DNA of 49,056 nt from an uncultured bacterium (lineage in GTDB: Bacteria; UBP14; UBA6098; B30-G16): contig CBEVQY010000022.1 in the NCBI GenBank assembly GCA_965552135.1, forward strand, positions 1 to 49,056, written 5' to 3'. This document shows, piece by piece, positions 28,738 to 38,612 of the stretch (the stretch's first letter is position 1; each line of letters opens with the position of its first letter). The position numbers were made by a program, and so were the translations under genes. The notes below the pieces were generated by a model. It made no database searches, had not been told where the DNA came from, and was given only the letters and a program-made list of their open reading frames with translations.

Positions 28738-29661
28738 TTGCTAAGTGAGCGGGAGCGCGAGTTTTTGGGCGAAGTTGCGCGCCGCATCCGCTTCGACGTC
28801 GTGAAGATGACGTACCACGCAGGCTCGGGGCACCCCGGAGGGTCGCTTTCCCTCGCCGAGGTGATGGCGCTGCTTTACTTCAAGCATCTTCGGCACAGAC
28901 CGAACGACCCCGGCTGGGAGCATCGCGACAGGGTGATCCTCTCAAAGGGGCATGCGTGTCCTGCGCTTTACGCCGCCCTCGCCGAGGCTGGGTACTTCCC
29001 GCGCAGCGAGCTTTGGACGCTTCGCAAGCTCGGCTCGCGCCTTCAAGGGCATCCCGCCAGAGACAAAGGACTCCCGGGGATAGAGGTGTCCACAGGCTCC
29101 CTCGGGCAGGGGCTTTCGGTTGGAGTTGGGATGGCAATCGCCTTCAAGTACCTCGACCGCTCCCCAAGCCGCGTCTACGCCATCGTGGGCGACGGAGAGA
29201 TGCAGGAGGGGCAGATCTGGGAGGCGATCATGGCTGCCGGACACTACCACCTCGATAACCTCACCGCCATAATCGACAACAACGACCTCCAGATCGACGG
29301 CTTTGTGTGCGACGTGATGAACATCCACCCTCTTGTGGAGAAGTTTGACTCTTTTGGCTGGCGCGCTCTGGTCGTTGACGGGCACTCCCTCGACGAGCTC
29401 GATGATGCGCTTGAGGAGGCGAAGTCGACCAGGGGGATGCCCGTTGCCATAATAGCCAAGACCGTGAAGGGCAAGGGTGTATCGTTTATGGAGAACGCCG
29501 TAGGCTGGCACGGTAAGGCTCCGAACAGGGAGCAGGCTCTTCGCGCCGTGCAGGACCTCGGCTTCCCGCCCGAAGCGCTGGACGAGGATATTGGCGAGCT
29601 GGCAACAGCGGAAGGGGGCAGCCGAGCTTACCCGTCCGCAAAAGCGGGGGAGGAAGGATGA
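28738..29661 (+). CDS. Transketolase, N-terminal (TPP-binding) subunit
   Basis: SGHPGGSLS, LSKGH, GSLGQG, GDGEMQEG, TVKGKG, WHGKAP; TTG start after GGAGGT. Confidence 0.95.
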   Translation: MLSEREREFLGEVARRIRFDVVKMTYHAGSGHPGGSLSLAEVMALLYFKHLRHRPNDPGWEHRDRVILSKGHACPALYAALAEAGYFPRSELWTLRKLGSRLQGHPARDKGLPGIEVSTGSLGQGLSVGVGMAIAFKYLDRSPSRVYAIVGDGEMQEGQIWEAIMAAGHYHLDNLTAIIDNNDLQIDGFVCDVMNIHPLVEKFDSFGWRALVVDGHSLDELDDALEEAKSTRGMPVAIIAKTVKGKGVSFMENAVGWHGKAPNREQALRAVQDLGFPPEALDEDIGELATAEGGSRAYPSAKAGEEG

Positions 29662-30632
29662 GCGTATACGAGGAGCACGGTTGGAGGCTGGTTCCCTCGC
29701 GGGATGGCTTTGGTCAGGCGCTCAGGGAGCTTGCGCGGCGCCATCCCGAGCTTGTGGTCGTTGGCGCGGACCTCACCGAGTCGACGAGGGCGAGTTACTT
29801 TTCGGAGGAGTTTCCGGAGCGCTTTTTCAACGCGGGCGTTGCCGAGCAGAACGCCGCTGGCATCGCCGCGGGGCTCGCCCTTGCCGGAAAGATCGCAGTC
29901 TTCTCCACCTACGGGGTTTTCGCCGCCGGACGCGCATACGACCAGATAAGGACGACGATATGCTACAGCGACGTTCCCGTGAAGATCGGCGGCGCCCACG
30001 GCGGCATCTCGGTTGGACCCGACGGCGCCACCCATCAGGCGCTCGAGGAGATAGCCACAATGCGGGTCCTACCGCGGATGAAGGTGGTCGTTCCCGCCGA
30101 CGCCGAGGAGACGAGGAAGGCGACGATAGCCGCAGTTGAGGAGGTGGACGGTCCGGTCTACATTCGCTTTGGGCGGGCGCCCGTGCCGCTTATAACCGAT
30201 AAGGACACGCCCTTTGAGTTCGGCAGGGCGAGGCTTGTGCGCGACGGCGACGACATCACCATCATAGCGTGCGGCGCCATGGTGGCGGAGTCGATCCTTG
30301 CCGCCGAGATCCTCGAAAGGGAAGGCATATACGCCCGGGTCGTCGACCTCCACACGATAAAGCCTATAGACCGCGACGCCATAGTCGACGCAGCCCTGCG
30401 CACGGGAGCGATCCTCACGGTCGAAGAGCATCAGATTCACGGCGGCTTGGGGAGCGCCGTGGCGGAGGTCGTCGTAAGGACTGTGCCCGTGCCCATGGAT
30501 TTCGTCGCAGTGGAGGACAGGTTCGGCGAATCGGGGCAGCCTCTGGAGCTGCTTAAAGCATTCGGACTCGACTACGAATCTATAGCGAAAAGGGCGAAAA
30601 AGCTTTTGGAGCGCAAGGTGTCGCAGCGATAG
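29658..30632 (+). CDS. Transketolase, C-terminal subunit
   Basis: ADLTES, GVAEQN, GPDGATHQ, TIKPID, EEH..GGLG. Confidence 0.95.
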   Translation: MSVYEEHGWRLVPSRDGFGQALRELARRHPELVVVGADLTESTRASYFSEEFPERFFNAGVAEQNAAGIAAGLALAGKIAVFSTYGVFAAGRAYDQIRTTICYSDVPVKIGGAHGGISVGPDGATHQALEEIATMRVLPRMKVVVPADAEETRKATIAAVEEVDGPVYIRFGRAPVPLITDKDTPFEFGRARLVRDGDDITIIACGAMVAESILAAEILEREGIYARVVDLHTIKPIDRDAIVDAALRTGAILTVEEHQIHGGLGSAVAEVVVRTVPVPMDFVAVEDRFGESGQPLELLKAFGLDYESIAKRAKKLLERKVSQR

Positions 30633-30646
30633 GTTGGGGGTGGTGG

Positions 30647-32920
30647 ATGAAGCGCGATTCTGCCAGAACTTTCGCGCCAATATGCAAACACGCCCTCTTG
30701 ATCTTCATAATCCTTCTTGTGTTCGGTCAGGGTGTAGCTTTCCTTTCGGAGGCGCTTTTTGAGTCGTACAAGGTTGAACAGCTTCTCATGCAGGTCTACA
30801 TAATAGCGGCTACTGTTCTTTCTAAGGCGCCTTCGGGCTACGATGAGCTTTTGTCCGACTACCCGGAGCAGCTTATGAGGCTTGTTCGTCCCTTCGTGAG
30901 GTCCTTTTCGGTCTACAGGTGGGACGGTCGCTGGAGCTGCGTTTGCGTTTTCGGCGATAAGACCTTCGGAGACGATTTTCTGACGCGCAGATTCCCTCCG
31001 GCGTCCTTTCCGCAAAGCTTTCAGAGGCAGGGCGACATTTGGGTTTGGCGCGGTAACCGCCGAAGCGCGGTCAGGCTTAAGCAACCCTATGTGATCTACG
31101 GCGGCGAGCACAGCGGCACAGACTACCTCCTCGTCGCCGAGCTTACGCCAAGCGTCGTTGAGCTCGTTTTCCGGCAGAGCAAGGCGCTGCGCAACAGGAT
31201 TTCGCTTTTGAGCCTGCTTGGCGCCTTTTTGGCTACTTTTGTCGTCGTTTTCGTCTTTTCCCGGGCGGCGAGGGGTCAGATTTCCGCGCTTTTGCGCTAC
31301 ATCCGTGAACCCGAGAGCGGGACGCCGCGGGTGTGGGACGACCTTGCGCCGATAGTGGAGGAGATCGAGCGCCTTCGGCGCGAGCAGCAGGAGCTTCGCT
31401 TCGAGTTCGAGCGCGAGGCTGCCGTCATCACCGCAAAGTCCGAGGCGCGGCTGCGAAGCCTGTCGCTTCTGCGCGATATCGCGTCGCTGGGGAATTCCGT
31501 CACCGACATGGAGCGCATGGTCCAGAGGATGATAGAAAGGCTAAACCGCTTCTTCCACACCTACGGCGCTGCGGCGTTCATCGCAAGACCCGACGGCAAA
31601 GTCGACATATTCATGACCGATACCCTGCCGCCCGAGTTCGTCGATGAGGTCAGGCGGACGATCGCGCCCGACGCAAAGCAGCTTTCCCTAAGACGCGTCG
31701 ATACAACGGGATTCGTCTTCCTCGAGGACGTTAAGTTCGTCACCGAGGGCACGTCATTCGGCGAGCTTGCGAAGAGAAACGGTATAGTGGGTTACCTCAG
31801 GATTCCGCTCACTCACCGCGGCGAGTACCTCGGCGCCGTCCACCTCTACTCGCAGAGGATATTCCCCACCGATGAAGCTTTAGAAAAGCTTTTGCGCGCG
31901 CTGAGTGAGGAGATCTCGGTTGCGCTTGAGAGCCGAAAGCTCTACGCCGACCTGGAGCAGAAGCTTCGGGAAAGCCTCGCGCTCTACGAGATTTCGAAGG
32001 TGCTGATATCGGCGGTCGACTATGATCTCCTTTTGGAGCAGATACTTTGGATCGTTCAGGAAAGCTTTGGCTTTGCCGCAACGACGATCCTTCTGCTTGA
32101 TGAGGAGGAGAACGAGCTTTACGTCAAGGCTGCCTGGGGATTTCAGTCGGACGTGACCGATGTGCGCATTCCTGTTGGGAAGGGCGTTACCGGCTGGGTT
32201 GCGAGCACGGGGCAGCCCCTCATCGTGCCCGACGTCACCAAGGACCCGCGCTTCATCCCGCCCGATCCCCAGATCCGATCGGAGATGGCGGTTCCGCTCA
32301 TCGTTGGTGGGAAGGTGATAGGGGTTTTGGACGTTGAGAGCCACGAGGTGAACCGTTTCTCGGAGAGGGACCTTTGGTTTCTCTCGTCGCTTGCCGCACA
32401 GGCTGCCCTGGCGATAGACCGCGCAAAGCTGTATCAGAAGATAAAGGAGCAAGCCGTAAGGGACCCGCTTACGGGAACTTACAACCGAAGGTACTGCGAC
32501 GACTACGTCCAAAACCAGGTTCGGGAGCTTTTGCTCAAGGGCACGCCCGTTTCGATAATCCTTGTGGACATAAACGGTCTTAAACGCGTCAACGACACCT
32601 ACGGGCATGCCGCGGGCGACAAGCTCCTTGTGGAGATAGCCGACTTCCTTCGGGAAAACTTCCCCGAAAGCCCAATAGCCCGATACGGCGGCGATGAGTT
32701 TGTGGTTTTTCTCCCGGGCGTTTCGGACGACAGGCTCGACGAGATCGTTTCGAAGCTGCGGAGGCTGAAGACGCGTTGGCAGCTCAAGCTCTCCGAAAAG
32801 TACCCCTTCCCCTTCGACTTCGCCATTGGCGCCGCAACCGCAACACGACCCGATGAACTCGAACTCCTCATAGACTACGCCGACAACCTAATGTACAAGG
32901 ACAAGCACGGGCTTTTGTGA
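30647..32920 (+). CDS. Membrane diguanylate cyclase (2 TM sensor + GAF + GAF + GGDEF)
   Basis: DPLTG, DINGLKRVNDTYGH..GD, RYGGDEF; GAF motifs G.GVTGWVA..G and SEMAVPL. Confidence 0.92.
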   Translation: MKRDSARTFAPICKHALLIFIILLVFGQGVAFLSEALFESYKVEQLLMQVYIIAATVLSKAPSGYDELLSDYPEQLMRLVRPFVRSFSVYRWDGRWSCVCVFGDKTFGDDFLTRRFPPASFPQSFQRQGDIWVWRGNRRSAVRLKQPYVIYGGEHSGTDYLLVAELTPSVVELVFRQSKALRNRISLLSLLGAFLATFVVVFVFSRAARGQISALLRYIREPESGTPRVWDDLAPIVEEIERLRREQQELRFEFEREAAVITAKSEARLRSLSLLRDIASLGNSVTDMERMVQRMIERLNRFFHTYGAAAFIARPDGKVDIFMTDTLPPEFVDEVRRTIAPDAKQLSLRRVDTTGFVFLEDVKFVTEGTSFGELAKRNGIVGYLRIPLTHRGEYLGAVHLYSQRIFPTDEALEKLLRALSEEISVALESRKLYADLEQKLRESLALYEISKVLISAVDYDLLLEQILWIVQESFGFAATTILLLDEEENELYVKAAWGFQSDVTDVRIPVGKGVTGWVASTGQPLIVPDVTKDPRFIPPDPQIRSEMAVPLIVGGKVIGVLDVESHEVNRFSERDLWFLSSLAAQAALAIDRAKLYQKIKEQAVRDPLTGTYNRRYCDDYVQNQVRELLLKGTPVSIILVDINGLKRVNDTYGHAAGDKLLVEIADFLRENFPESPIARYGGDEFVVFLPGVSDDRLDEIVSKLRRLKTRWQLKLSEKYPFPFDFAIGAATATRPDELELLIDYADNLMYKDKHGLL

Positions 32921-32922
32921 GG

Positions 32923-34650
32923 CTACGCTGTTTGTCTTCCCTGGGGGGTTTGCGCTGGCTTCGCCTTGGGCAGGTAGATTATAAACTCCGTTCCCTCACC
33001 AAGTCTGCTTTTCACCTCGATGTATCCGCCGTGCTGGTTCACGATTCCCTGTACGATGGAGAGCCCTAACCCCACGCCCTTCGGCTTCGTTGTGAAGAAA
33101 GGCTCGAATATCTTGGGTATGTCCTCGGGCGGGATGCCCTTGCCGTTGTCGCAGACCGATATCCCTAAAAGCTCTTCCTGCCCTAAAGGGCTTTTTATCG
33201 TTCCCTTTTTCGCCACGACGATCTCGCCTTTGTTTTCGATCGCCTCGAGGGCGTTGGCAAGCAGGTTCGCGAAGACCTGGGTTAGCTTGTCCTTTCTGCC
33301 GTGGACGAGAGTTCTTGGGGGCAGCTTGTTTTCGAGCCTGACGTTTTTGTTCTTCGCCAAAGCCGCCGTTGCCTCAATAACCTGGTCGACGACCTCGCTT
33401 AGGTCGACGACCTCGGTCCTGAACTGCTCCGGCGGAAGCTCCTTCAGCCGCGCAAAGGTGAGAAATTCCTCGAGTATCTGGGTCAGCCTGTCGCTTTCCC
33501 TTATCACGAGTTCGGCGATGCGCTGGTCGAAGCTTCCCTTGTTGCTTTTGCTTCGGAGCATTTCGACTCCGCCCCGAATGGCCGCAAGTGGATTCCTAAG
33601 CTCGTGCGCAAGGCGGGCGGAAAGCTCTCCTATCGCCGCAAGCTTCTCCATCTGCTGCAGAAGGCGTTCCTTCTTCTTCTCCTCAGTTATGTCCTCGAAG
33701 AGCGCTATCACACCCTGGGGTTGATCGTTTACCCGCAGTGCGCCCACCACAAGCGCCAGGGGGAGCTTTTGCCCGTATCTGTTTTCGATTTCGATCTCCG
33801 TCCTTTGCGCCGCCTTTTTGGTCGATGCCTCTTGTATGGACCTGCGTAGCTGCGCAACCCTTTCCGGAAGCGCCTCGGTGAACCTGCGACCAACGACGTC
33901 CTCCGCAGGAAGCTGAAGTATGCGGCTGGCGGCTTGGTTGAAGTAAACGATGAAACCCTCCTCGTCCACCGTTATCAGTCCGCTCCACATATGCTGGAGG
34001 ATCTGGTCGGTGCTCCAGCGGATGCGCTCGAGCTCTCGCTTGGTCTCCTCAAGCTCCTCGAGGTGGGCGCGAAGCTTCTGCGAAAGATACCCCGAAACGA
34101 AGGCGATGATGTAAAGCAGGCAGATTTGGATATACCCCACCGCGAACGCTGCCTCGGGGCTTGAGTACACAAGCTTTGCCATCGCTGTTTTGGCGGGCTC
34201 GAGGATTTTGTTGAACTCGAGGTATGCGATCGCGGTAAATGTTGCCGCTGCTGCTGTAGCGGTGAGCACCGTGCCCAGAAGGCGGTATACGAACGCGCTT
34301 GAGAGGATTGTGAGGGCAAACAGGAACGAAAAAAGGCTTCCCTCGCCGCCGCTGTAGTGGACGATGGCAGCCTCTACGGCAAGCTCCATAAAGATCTGGA
34401 CGCCGAAGAGGAACCTGAAGCTAAGCTCCTTGCGCACGGCGCGCCAGAAGTAAAGCGCTGCAAGATACCCCAGCGTGACGACGCCGTATATCGTAAGGAG
34501 CCTGAACAAAACGGGAATATGCGACAGGAACAAAAACACCGCGCCGAAGAGCACAACCACAACGCAAAGTCTGAATATAAGGAGCCATTTAAGCTTTCTC
34601 TGGAGCTCCTCGCGCCAGTAGGCTGTTGATGTTTCTTTTTGGGGGTTCAT
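32923..34650 (-). CDS. pilS: PilS-like PAS sensor histidine kinase
   Basis: Six-TM N-terminus, PAS, AHELRNPL, N/G1/F/G2 boxes; follows pilC. Confidence 0.85.
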   Translation of the reverse strand: MNPQKETSTAYWREELQRKLKWLLIFRLCVVVVLFGAVFLFLSHIPVLFRLLTIYGVVTLGYLAALYFWRAVRKELSFRFLFGVQIFMELAVEAAIVHYSGGEGSLFSFLFALTILSSAFVYRLLGTVLTATAAAATFTAIAYLEFNKILEPAKTAMAKLVYSSPEAAFAVGYIQICLLYIIAFVSGYLSQKLRAHLEELEETKRELERIRWSTDQILQHMWSGLITVDEEGFIVYFNQAASRILQLPAEDVVGRRFTEALPERVAQLRRSIQEASTKKAAQRTEIEIENRYGQKLPLALVVGALRVNDQPQGVIALFEDITEEKKKERLLQQMEKLAAIGELSARLAHELRNPLAAIRGGVEMLRSKSNKGSFDQRIAELVIRESDRLTQILEEFLTFARLKELPPEQFRTEVVDLSEVVDQVIEATAALAKNKNVRLENKLPPRTLVHGRKDKLTQVFANLLANALEAIENKGEIVVAKKGTIKSPLGQEELLGISVCDNGKGIPPEDIPKIFEPFFTTKPKGVGLGLSIVQGIVNQHGGYIEVKSRLGEGTEFIIYLPKAKPAQTPQGRQTA

Positions 34651-34674
34651 TGGGGTGGCGGCGCAGAGCGCGGC

Positions 34675-35877
34675 TTAACCTTTGATCTTGCCGATAATAT
34701 CGAACATAGGCAGATACATCGCCACAAGAAGCCCTCCCACTACAACGCCCATAACGACGGTCATGAGGGGTTCGATGAGAGCTGTTAGTGCTTCGACGGC
34801 TGCGTCGACCTCCTCGTCGTAGAAGTCGGCAACGCGCGAAAGCATCTCGTCGATGTTGCCCGTCTTCTCGCCAACGTTTATCATCTGTATGACCATCGGC
34901 GGGAAGACCTTGCTCTCCTCAAGCGGCTTCGTTATCGTCTCGCCCTGGGAGATCGCAATGATGGCGTCCTTTATCGCCTTCTCCAGGACGGCGTTTCCCG
35001 CCGTCTTTGAGGTTATGTTCAGGGCGTCGATTATGTTCACGCCGCTTTGCTGCAGCGTTGCAAGCGTTCGCGCAAAGCGCGCTATCGACGACTTACGTAT
35101 CAGCGGTCCAAATACCGGCAGCCTAAGCTTTATGTAGTCGATAATATAGCGCGTTTTTGGATATTTCATTAAAAGCTTGTAAAGCACTATAACGCCTATG
35201 ATTGAGCCTATAATGAGCGGCACGTTCGACTTTAGCCAGTTTGAGATGTTTATGACGATCTGCGTTGGTTTTGGCAGCTCGGCGCCGAGGCTTTCGAACA
35301 TGCCGGCGAATATCGGGACGATGAATGTGAGCATCACCCACGCGATAATAAGCATCATCGTCGAGACGATGGCGGGGTATGTGAGTGCGCCTTTGACCTT
35401 TCGTTTTATTGCGTCGGCTTTTTCGCGGTAGTCTGCGAGGCGCTTTAGGATCGTCTCCAGTGCGCCGCCGAGCTCGCCCGCCTCAACCATGTTCACGTAA
35501 AGCTCGTCGAAGACCTTTTTGTGCTTTGCCATTGCGTTTGCGAGTGTGCTGCCGCTGGAGACGGAGTCGCGGACGTCGGCTATGATCTTCGCGAAGATCT
35601 TGTTCGGCGTCTGTGATGCGAGGATGTCGAGGCACTGGACGAGCGGCAGACCTGCCTCGATCATAACCGCAAACTGCCTCGTGAAGCGCGAGATCTCCAC
35701 AGCCTTTACGCCGCTGCCTATGACGATGTTGAGCTGCTTTGGCTTCTTCTTGACCTTCGTCACGACGACGCGCTGCTTGCGCAGCGCCTTTATGAGCTCC
35801 TCCTTGTTGGCGGCTTCAAGCGTGCCCGAAACGATCTGTCCGGTTGGTGTGCGACCTGTGTACTCGAATATCGGCAT
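34675..35877 (-). CDS. pilC: Type IV pilus platform protein PilC
   Basis: FTRQFAVMIEAGLPL, AGELGG, ALTYP, GEKTG, IEP, MYLPMF. Confidence 0.96.
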   Translation of the reverse strand: MPIFEYTGRTPTGQIVSGTLEAANKEELIKALRKQRVVVTKVKKKPKQLNIVIGSGVKAVEISRFTRQFAVMIEAGLPLVQCLDILASQTPNKIFAKIIADVRDSVSSGSTLANAMAKHKKVFDELYVNMVEAGELGGALETILKRLADYREKADAIKRKVKGALTYPAIVSTMMLIIAWVMLTFIVPIFAGMFESLGAELPKPTQIVINISNWLKSNVPLIIGSIIGVIVLYKLLMKYPKTRYIIDYIKLRLPVFGPLIRKSSIARFARTLATLQQSGVNIIDALNITSKTAGNAVLEKAIKDAIIAISQGETITKPLEESKVFPPMVIQMINVGEKTGNIDEMLSRVADFYDEEVDAAVEALTALIEPLMTVVMGVVVGGLLVAMYLPMFDIIGKIKG

Positions 35878-35897
35878 ATCGCATCACCCCTTCGACC

Positions 35898-37007
35898 TCA
35901 CCGGGAGCTGATCCTTGCGCCGGGGGCGGCGCTGAGGCGCTTGCGCGCAATTATGTCGTTGAGCTCCTGCGGATCAGGCGAGCGGTTCATTGCGTCCTCG
36001 ATCGTTATCAGGCGGCGAAGGTAGAGGTCGGCGAGCGACTGGTTCATTGTCTGCATACCGTACTTCCCGCCCGCCTGGATGGCGGAGTAAATCTGGTGGA
36101 TCTTATCCTCCCTTATCATCGCCCTTATAGCCGGCGTTACGATCATTATCTCAAGTGCCGGCACTCTACCGCCGCCTATGCGGGGCAAAAGCGCCTGGGT
36201 CACGACCGCCCTGAGCACAAACGAAAGCTGAACCCTAACCTGTTGCTGCTGCGAGGTCGGGAAGATGTCGATAATTCTGTTTATCGTTTCGGCGCAGGAG
36301 TTGGTGTGCAGCGTTGCGAAGGCGAGATGTCCGGTTTCGGCGATGGTCAGGGCAGCTTCGACCGTGTCGAGGTCTCTCATCTCGCCTATGAGCACCACGT
36401 CGGGGTCTTCGCGGAGGGCGTATTTCAGCGCTCGGGCAAAGCTTAGCGTGTCGGCGCCAACCTCGCGCTGGTTGACTATGCAGTTTTTGTGCTCGTGCAC
36501 AAACTCGATTGGGTCTTCGACGGTGAGGATGTGCTGGTGCCTTTCGCGGTTTATCTTGTCGATAAGCGCGGCAAGCGTTGTGGACTTGCCCGACCCCGTG
36601 GGTCCTGTGATGAGGACGAGTCCGTGGGGGAAGTCGGCGAGCGTCGAAACCACGGGCGGAAGCATAAGCTCCTCGAACGACCTTATCCTCATCGGTATAA
36701 CCCTTATGGCGATGGCGACGTTCCCGCGCTGGAGGAAGATGTTGACCCTAAAGCGCGCAACGCCCTCAAGACCGAAGGAGAGGTCGATCTCCCATTCCTC
36801 CTCGAACCTTTGCTTTTGCTTTTCGGTCATTATGGAGTACGCCATTCGCTTTGCGACGTCGGGCGTTATGGGGTCGTACGGCAGTCTTTGGAGCTTTCCG
36901 TCGACGCGGATGACGGGCGGTGCGCCCACGGTTATGTGCAGGTCCGAGGCGCCACGCTTGACCATCTCCTCCAAAAGCTCCCTCACCGAAACCTGCCCAC
37001 CGGGCAT
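35898..37007 (-). CDS. pilT: Type IV pilus retraction ATPase
   Basis: ASDLH, GPTGSGKST, EDPIE, LREDPD, AETGH, TLHTN, AIRAMIRE, GMQTM. Confidence 0.97.
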   Translation of the reverse strand: MPGGQVSVRELLEEMVKRGASDLHITVGAPPVIRVDGKLQRLPYDPITPDVAKRMAYSIMTEKQKQRFEEEWEIDLSFGLEGVARFRVNIFLQRGNVAIAIRVIPMRIRSFEELMLPPVVSTLADFPHGLVLITGPTGSGKSTTLAALIDKINRERHQHILTVEDPIEFVHEHKNCIVNQREVGADTLSFARALKYALREDPDVVLIGEMRDLDTVEAALTIAETGHLAFATLHTNSCAETINRIIDIFPTSQQQQVRVQLSFVLRAVVTQALLPRIGGGRVPALEIMIVTPAIRAMIREDKIHQIYSAIQAGGKYGMQTMNQSLADLYLRRLITIEDAMNRSPDPQELNDIIARKRLSAAPGARISSR

Positions 37008-37022
37008 AGCCGTCTCCTTTGT

Positions 37023-37907
37023 TTATTCCCCAACTGCGAAGATCTTTATTCGAATCGAGTGGATTTTGTCGGCGTTTTCGCCGCCCGAGCTTGACGGCGC
37101 AATCAGGCTCAGCCAAAGCGCCACCGTGTCGCCGGGGGCAACTGCCTCGCCGGCGGAGAAACTCCCCACCCCAAAGCGCTCACCTCCCGCGAACCTGGGC
37201 TCGAAGCTTACGACATCCTCCCAGCCGCTTGTGTTGAACCATTCCTTGCGCGGCGCAGAAACGTCGCCACTCGTGAAGACCGCCGAAAGAACGTAGCGGT
37301 TCTCGCCGATCTCGGAGTAGCTCGATGCGGGGGTCCAGCCGAATGCATCGTCGCTTTGGTCGACGGCAAGACCGAAGGTTATGTCGACCTCGCCTGTGTT
37401 GACGAGCAGGAACCTGTGCTGCGGCGAGTTCGTGAGGACCTCCAGCGGCCGCACAGGAACATCCACCGACCATAGTGTGTCGCCCAAAAGCTTGAACGAA
37501 ACGCGCTTCCCCACGAAAGGTCCAAGCCGAAGCGCAGAGGTCTTGACGGTGTATCCGGTCTGCGCCGAGAAGTAGTAGGCAAGCGGTCTGGTCGTTTGGG
37601 GCTTGCGCAGGAGGACGCTTGCCCTGTAGACGAAGCTTGTGTCGTCGCGGCTCTCAAGCTCCATCGGCACCTGCTCCGCCTTCGAGAAAAAACCGTCGCA
37701 GTCCTTGTCGACGTTCACCACAACCCAAAGCGGCTCAAGCGGCGAGTTTATCCTTATCCGGAACGTAAAGAGGCTGTCGTCGTCGAAGTAGTCGGGTTCG
37801 ACGCCATCCCACTCAAATCCCGGTCCGCCTGCCCAGCTGAAGGTCCAGTCGGGTGCGCCGAGTACAAAGCCAGCCAAAACCGAAAGTGCTGCAAAAACTT
37901 TGGTCAT
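37023..37907 (-). CDS. Hypothetical secreted protein
   Basis: Signal peptide, beta-rich, DKDCDG motif; codirectional with pilT. Confidence 0.7.
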   Translation of the reverse strand: MTKVFAALSVLAGFVLGAPDWTFSWAGGPGFEWDGVEPDYFDDDSLFTFRIRINSPLEPLWVVVNVDKDCDGFFSKAEQVPMELESRDDTSFVYRASVLLRKPQTTRPLAYYFSAQTGYTVKTSALRLGPFVGKRVSFKLLGDTLWSVDVPVRPLEVLTNSPQHRFLLVNTGEVDITFGLAVDQSDDAFGWTPASSYSEIGENRYVLSAVFTSGDVSAPRKEWFNTSGWEDVVSFEPRFAGGERFGVGSFSAGEAVAPGDTVALWLSLIAPSSSGGENADKIHSIRIKIFAVGE

Positions 37908-37915
37908 CGTTGTTT

Positions 37916-37944
37916 AGTATATCGAGATTTGCTGCGTTCCGCAA
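37916..37944 (-). promoter_or_regulatory. Promoter of the hypothetical-pilT-pilC-pilS operon
   Basis: TTGCGG-N17-TATACT-N8-ATG. Confidence 0.6.
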
Positions 37945-38043
37945 CACAAAACGTTTTTTTGCCGCGGTTGCGTAAAAAATGTTGCGCACAACGCGGCGTT
38001 GGCTTAGGATGAAGTTGACAACCAGCAAACCTTTGGAGGTCAG

Positions 38044-38610
38044 ATGAGGCTGCGAGTTTTTGTGGCTGTGGTTGCGGGCTTTTTTATTTTGCTTGCAGGC
38101 TGCGGCAAGGGGTCGAAGGAGGAGGCCGGCGGTGCTTCGCAGGCGGTTTCGCAGAAGCCCCAGGTGCCCCAGGTGGAGCCCGGGAAGGTGAGCAAAGCTA
38201 TCGCCGCGCTCGATGAGTTCGGCAGGATGCTCGCCGAATTCCGCAGCATGCCTCAACCCAAGGACCAGAAGGAGGCGCAGGCGCGTGCGGAGAAGATAAC
38301 CGCCCAAGCCGACAGGCTCGCACACAAATACGGCTTCCAGGACTCCGACGAGCTTTCGCGCTACGTAAGCGTCGTCGTGCAGACGGCGATACTACAGGAG
38401 GCAATGGACAACCTCGACGCTCAGCTTGCGAAGCTCCCCGAGGATCAGCGGAACTCGCCCCAGGTTCAAAAGAACGTCCAGAACTTCAAGACGCAGTACA
38501 GGCAGGCGCGCGAAGCCTACGGCGATTCGGTCTTCGCCATCGTCAAGAACAACATCGCCAGGGTCGACAGCTTTATCCGCTCCCAGCAGAGGGCATCGGA
38601 GGGCAGGTAG
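38044..38610 (+). CDS. Hypothetical alpha-helical lipoprotein
   Basis: LLAGC lipobox; SD GGAGGT; candidate promoter TTGCGC-N17-TAGGAT at 37982-38010. Confidence 0.8.
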   Translation: MRLRVFVAVVAGFFILLAGCGKGSKEEAGGASQAVSQKPQVPQVEPGKVSKAIAALDEFGRMLAEFRSMPQPKDQKEAQARAEKITAQADRLAHKYGFQDSDELSRYVSVVVQTAILQEAMDNLDAQLAKLPEDQRNSPQVQKNVQNFKTQYRQAREAYGDSVFAIVKNNIARVDSFIRSQQRASEGR

Positions 38611-38612
38611 CT

